This document shows, piece by piece, positions 59,970 through 64,000 of a stretch of 64,000 bases of DNA (position 1 is the first letter of the stretch; every line of letters starts with the position of its first letter). Source of the DNA: Paramecium tetraurelia. Taxonomy: Eukaryota. Below the pieces are notes generated by a model that was not told where the DNA came from, searched no databases, and saw nothing but the letters and a program-made list of their open reading frames with translations. The DNA is taken from positions 439,027 to 503,026 of the forward strand of contig CT868671.1 of NCBI GenBank assembly GCA_000165425.1, given 5' to 3'. Position numbers and translations under genes: made by a program.

Positions 59970-60627
59970 CTATAAGTGATAATTATATTTAAATTAATAA
60001 TCTTAGTGAAAATTTATAATTTCTATATGCTTTGGGAAAACCACTTAGACAAGCCAAAAACATTCATCATAAATCCCAATTGATATTAAGTAGTACGAGT
60101 AGGTACCTTAAGTATTCTATTTTTTATTCTCTTAACATAAATTAAATTAAATATTTTTTAAATTATAAAATTTATTCATAGTATATATATAATATTATTA
60201 TAATAATCGCTAAATACATTATTTATATTCATAAATTTTTAATCATATATTTTTGAATAATTTGATAATCATTAATTATAGGCATTTAATATTACGAGCT
60301 CTAATTTGGAATAAGATTCTTAAACAGAATTATTAATTTAAAAATTGTTTTATAATCAATATGATTGCTGATATTCTTAATAGTCTATGTGGTTCTTCAA
60401 TTTTAACATCAAAACAATAATTTCTAATTTTATATTTAGAGATATTGAAAAATAAATTCAATAATTAATGAATAAATTTTCTGTCATATAAAAACAGCCA
60501 AAAGCGAAGAAAAAGGATTCTGATTAATGTGTTTAAATATATATAAGTTATGTTAGTTAAATAATGTCAATAAATGAGTCATTATAATTAATTAAGTAAC
60601 TTAAAATTAATTGTCAGAGTTATAATA

Positions 60628-61332
60628 ATGGGGATAACTTGCTCATCTTAACGAAAACTAACATCATAGGTCGGTTTCCAAAACTAAAATTCTAATGAAT
60701 AAAATGGAAAATGTAAAAATATTTAATAAAAAAATGAAAACGATTAAAAGATGTCCATTAGCAATGGGATTTCTTATTTCTTAAGAAGAATAGATTAATT
60801 TAATAAGTCAGATCAACCACATGAAACAAAATAACTAATTTCATTCTTTGAAAAATAGAAGTAATGGTTAGAATGGAAATTAGAATGTGATATTGCCTTC
60901 ATAATTGATTTAACAACAAAAAATGACAAAAAAAGGATTAGATTATTAAAGGAACTATTAGCAGATAAGGAGAGGCATTAATCTAGATTCGGAATTATAT
61001 ATCTCGGAAATGATAAAGCTTAATTCGATTTAATAGATGACTCCTAAGAAACAACTTACAATCTGTAAAAATAATTATAAAATCTGAAATTGGATGACTG
61101 GATAAACATTTTTAAGGCTCTTAGAGCACATATAATTTTCAATAAAGAGTAAATCTTACCTTCAATTTATATTTTGAGTGAAAATTAATAATCCTAAAAT
61201 GATGATTCGATACTAGAAGTTGTTGATAATTTATTAGAGGATACTTGTTAGAAGCATTCTCTTAATTTCCATTGTAATAGTTACAAGTTAGAAGATAAAG
61301 AGTTTTATAGCGAATAGGAACTAAAATTATGA
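60628..61332 (+). CDS. protein with predicted N-acylation and degenerate vWA-like domain (234 aa)
   Basis: MGITCSS start; CDIAFIIDLT..RFGIIYLG..IYILSE. Confidence 0.5.
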
Positions 61333-61699
61333 GGTATGATGATTGTAATATAACTAAAATTTTTCATAATAATTTCTTAATTGTGCAATAATATATAATT
61401 TTAAATATAAATAATAAGATTTTTTAAAATTAGTTTTTATTTCGATTCACCAATTGCCTAAACATTTTAAGCAATAGCACTATTATATTCAACACAATAA
61501 AGTAAGCTGATGGAAGTTTATAATTAGATTATTGATTTAAATGATAAGGAAAACTGTAAATTGACTGTTGTTTGATTAATAATAAGTAGAAACTGTTAAC
61601 AGATGAGATAATAAAGATATTACACGTATAGTACTTTTAAAATATATTGAATATGATTATCAACTTTATTGGAAATATTTTGATAATTATATATTTTTA

Positions 61700-62196
61700 T
61701 TAATATAAAGAATTAAGATCTTGAGAATAGTAGAAATTTGATATTAAAAAGTAAATTTGAAGTTTATTTTTTATAAAATACTATAGGCATAAGAATTTAT
61801 TCAAAATATCCTTTCTGTATTTATTCTTTATATTATATTGCTTCCTTGTTTTTACTTAGTTTAAGATTTTTTAAGAATTTTTTAATTTGTTGAATTACTA
61901 GTAATGTCCGGATTATTAATTCTTTATGGAATATTCCAACAAGGAGTTTCTAAACTATCTCCTCTATCTCTGCTATCCTCCATGTCATCAGATTAATCTG
62001 GCTTTTCAGTTGTTCCAAAAAATAAAAAACAAGGATAATTGTTGTCTATGTTGTTATTAATCTGATTATCATAGTTTTGTTAATAAAGTTTAGGATAATA
62101 TTAAAAAGCCTGTGGTTTATTTGCTGTAATTTGATTATCCTCCTCTAATTATTCAATCGATTACATTTACTTATTGGTGCTGACAAGTGATCCCAT
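61700..62196 (-). CDS. small hypothetical protein, MG start
   Basis: MGSLVSTNKQ start; end uncertain. Confidence 0.35.
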
Positions 62197-62872
62197 TTAT
62201 GTAAATTAATTAAATTATTATAGTTTAAAGATTGGTAATTTAAGAATAAACAAGGGATGTTTATTATTAAAATTAGATTTATTTTTTACTAGAATAAGCT
62301 TCAAATTTAAAATCATTACTTAAGTTGGTTTTATTTAAAAACATAAATTAAATATAGATAGTAGATCCTTAGATGAAAGTATTATAAGTAAATTAATATA
62401 AGTATAGAAACAATATAATCATAGTTTTACCACTAATTATTTTCTAATCATTTTTGAATACTTCAACAATCATTGGATCTTATATCAATTTTTAAGATAA
62501 TCTTTTTAAATATATTTTTACTATAAAGCGCTTATTTTAAATATAATCAATTCCTCATATATTGTTAAGATAACAAAACTTAAATTGTTATTTAGTAGAT
62601 CATAACGATTATCTTATTAATTTGAGTTCTAAACATGCTAATATTAGATTCAGATAAATTCTTACAAATTTCGAATCCTGCTGAACATTCATATTGGTAT
62701 ATATTTAATTAATATTAATTAAAATGAGTTTAGTAAACTAATAATCAGACTCTCATTTTTAACTCCAATAGTAGTTCATCATCTACTTAATAATTTAAAG
62801 GGATGACCTTTTAATGAAGCATTTATTAATTATCTGTCCTTCGTTAAAGATTAGGATTAATCTATGTATATA

Positions 62873-64000
62873 TCAATCAAAAAATAATACCGTTGCTATA
62901 TAATCTTAAAGATTTAATGATTTAAGTAATTCCAAACTACCAAATGCCAGGGGAGTACAATTGTCTTTATTGATCACATTTAAATCACCTCCTTTATTTA
63001 GAAAATCAATTATAATTTATTTATTCCCTGATTGGAATGCCATATGGAGCGGAGTATTGTCATTTGAGCACTTTTAATTTACATCTGCCCCTGCTCTTAG
63101 CAATAGCTTAATCATTTGAACGTCACCATATTTAGCACTGTAATATAAGGGAGTATTTCCATATTAGTCATATTATTCGGTATCAGCCTTAACATAATTA
63201 AACCCTGCTGATTCTGCAATTACTACACTTTTCATTTTCGATGCTTATATCAGCTTTCTACTTTTTACTTTAGTTTCTCCACTAATTCTAATTTTAGCTG
63301 CCTTATTAATTAAGGATTATTTTAAACTTTCATTCTTCTATTCTAATTTTAAATGCAAACTCTATAAATTACAATTCAATTACTTATTTAACAATTCTAC
63401 TGCTTGCTAACGAAATATCTAAGGTTTTTTATTGACTTAATCTTTGAGTTTATGGAGATGATGGCGTCGAATATGGAACAAAAATAGACTTTTGAATTTA
63501 TTCAAGAGGTAATTTAGGAGGAGAAAATATTGAAAGATCCTTTAATTTTTCAGTCTGCCTTTTATTTAATTCATGAGATAATTCTTCAAAAAATCTTTTT
63601 GCTTTCAAACACTTTTAGATTTTGATTTCAATATCTCTATTTTTTTATTCTACTCTTTATTCAACCATATTGGATACTTTCTTTTTGTACAAATATCTTT
63701 TAATTGCCATTTTAATTTTATTGGCTGCTTGTATTTCTATGTCTTCTGATAACCACTGTTATTATAGGGGTGATTCTTTTGATTCAATCTCATTCATAAA
63801 TTTTAATTATTAACTTTAAAATCTTCTGCGAGATTATGGTCCTCCACTATAAAATTAAAGAAACTCACTTTTCTTTATATTATAATTTCTTATAGCTAAT
63901 CTGAAATTTTGGCTTTACTTTATCAATTTCTCTTGCAAAACTTGATTTTGTTTATCCTCTTATGCCAAAATCATTAATTTAGATGGAGGATGAAATTTGT
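62873..64000 (-). CDS. ankyrin-repeat protein (5' partial)
   Basis: GNTPLYYSAKYG..LLLRAGADVN..NTPLHMA..GGDLN..CTPLAFG; TGA at 62873-62875. Confidence 0.88.

Overview
Very AT-rich, gene-dense eukaryotic DNA in the ciliate genetic code (TAA/TAG=Gln, TGA the only stop) with 20-30 nt GT..AG introns. This fits a Paramecium macronuclear scaffold, and the supplied standard-code ORF track is fragmentary for that reason. Re-translated by eye, the window holds about 30 genes: a TLDc protein, a DHHC-like protein with a mutated catalytic motif, a BAH-PHD reader, an ArfGAP, a condensin kleisin, VPS26, a SAM methyltransferase, a CSN6-like MPN protein, an ankyrin-Sec7 protein, RPS17, an AGC kinase, RPL7A, a PI4-kinase, a small Tim-like protein, a CNBD K+ channel, RPL18, a MORN protein, a giant Cys-rich/beta-helix membrane protein, an ankyrin protein and several hypothetical ORFs. 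Three decaying pseudogenes and one 24-N gap are also present. The most unusual region is 52.3-61.3 kb. It encodes a GVIN/VLIG-type giant GTPase with two P-loop-like modules, then a frameshifted linker, a Cys/His cluster and an intact vWA domain, next to a second vWA-like gene with a predicted acylated N-terminus. All calls come from manual motif recognition and some boundaries are approximate.
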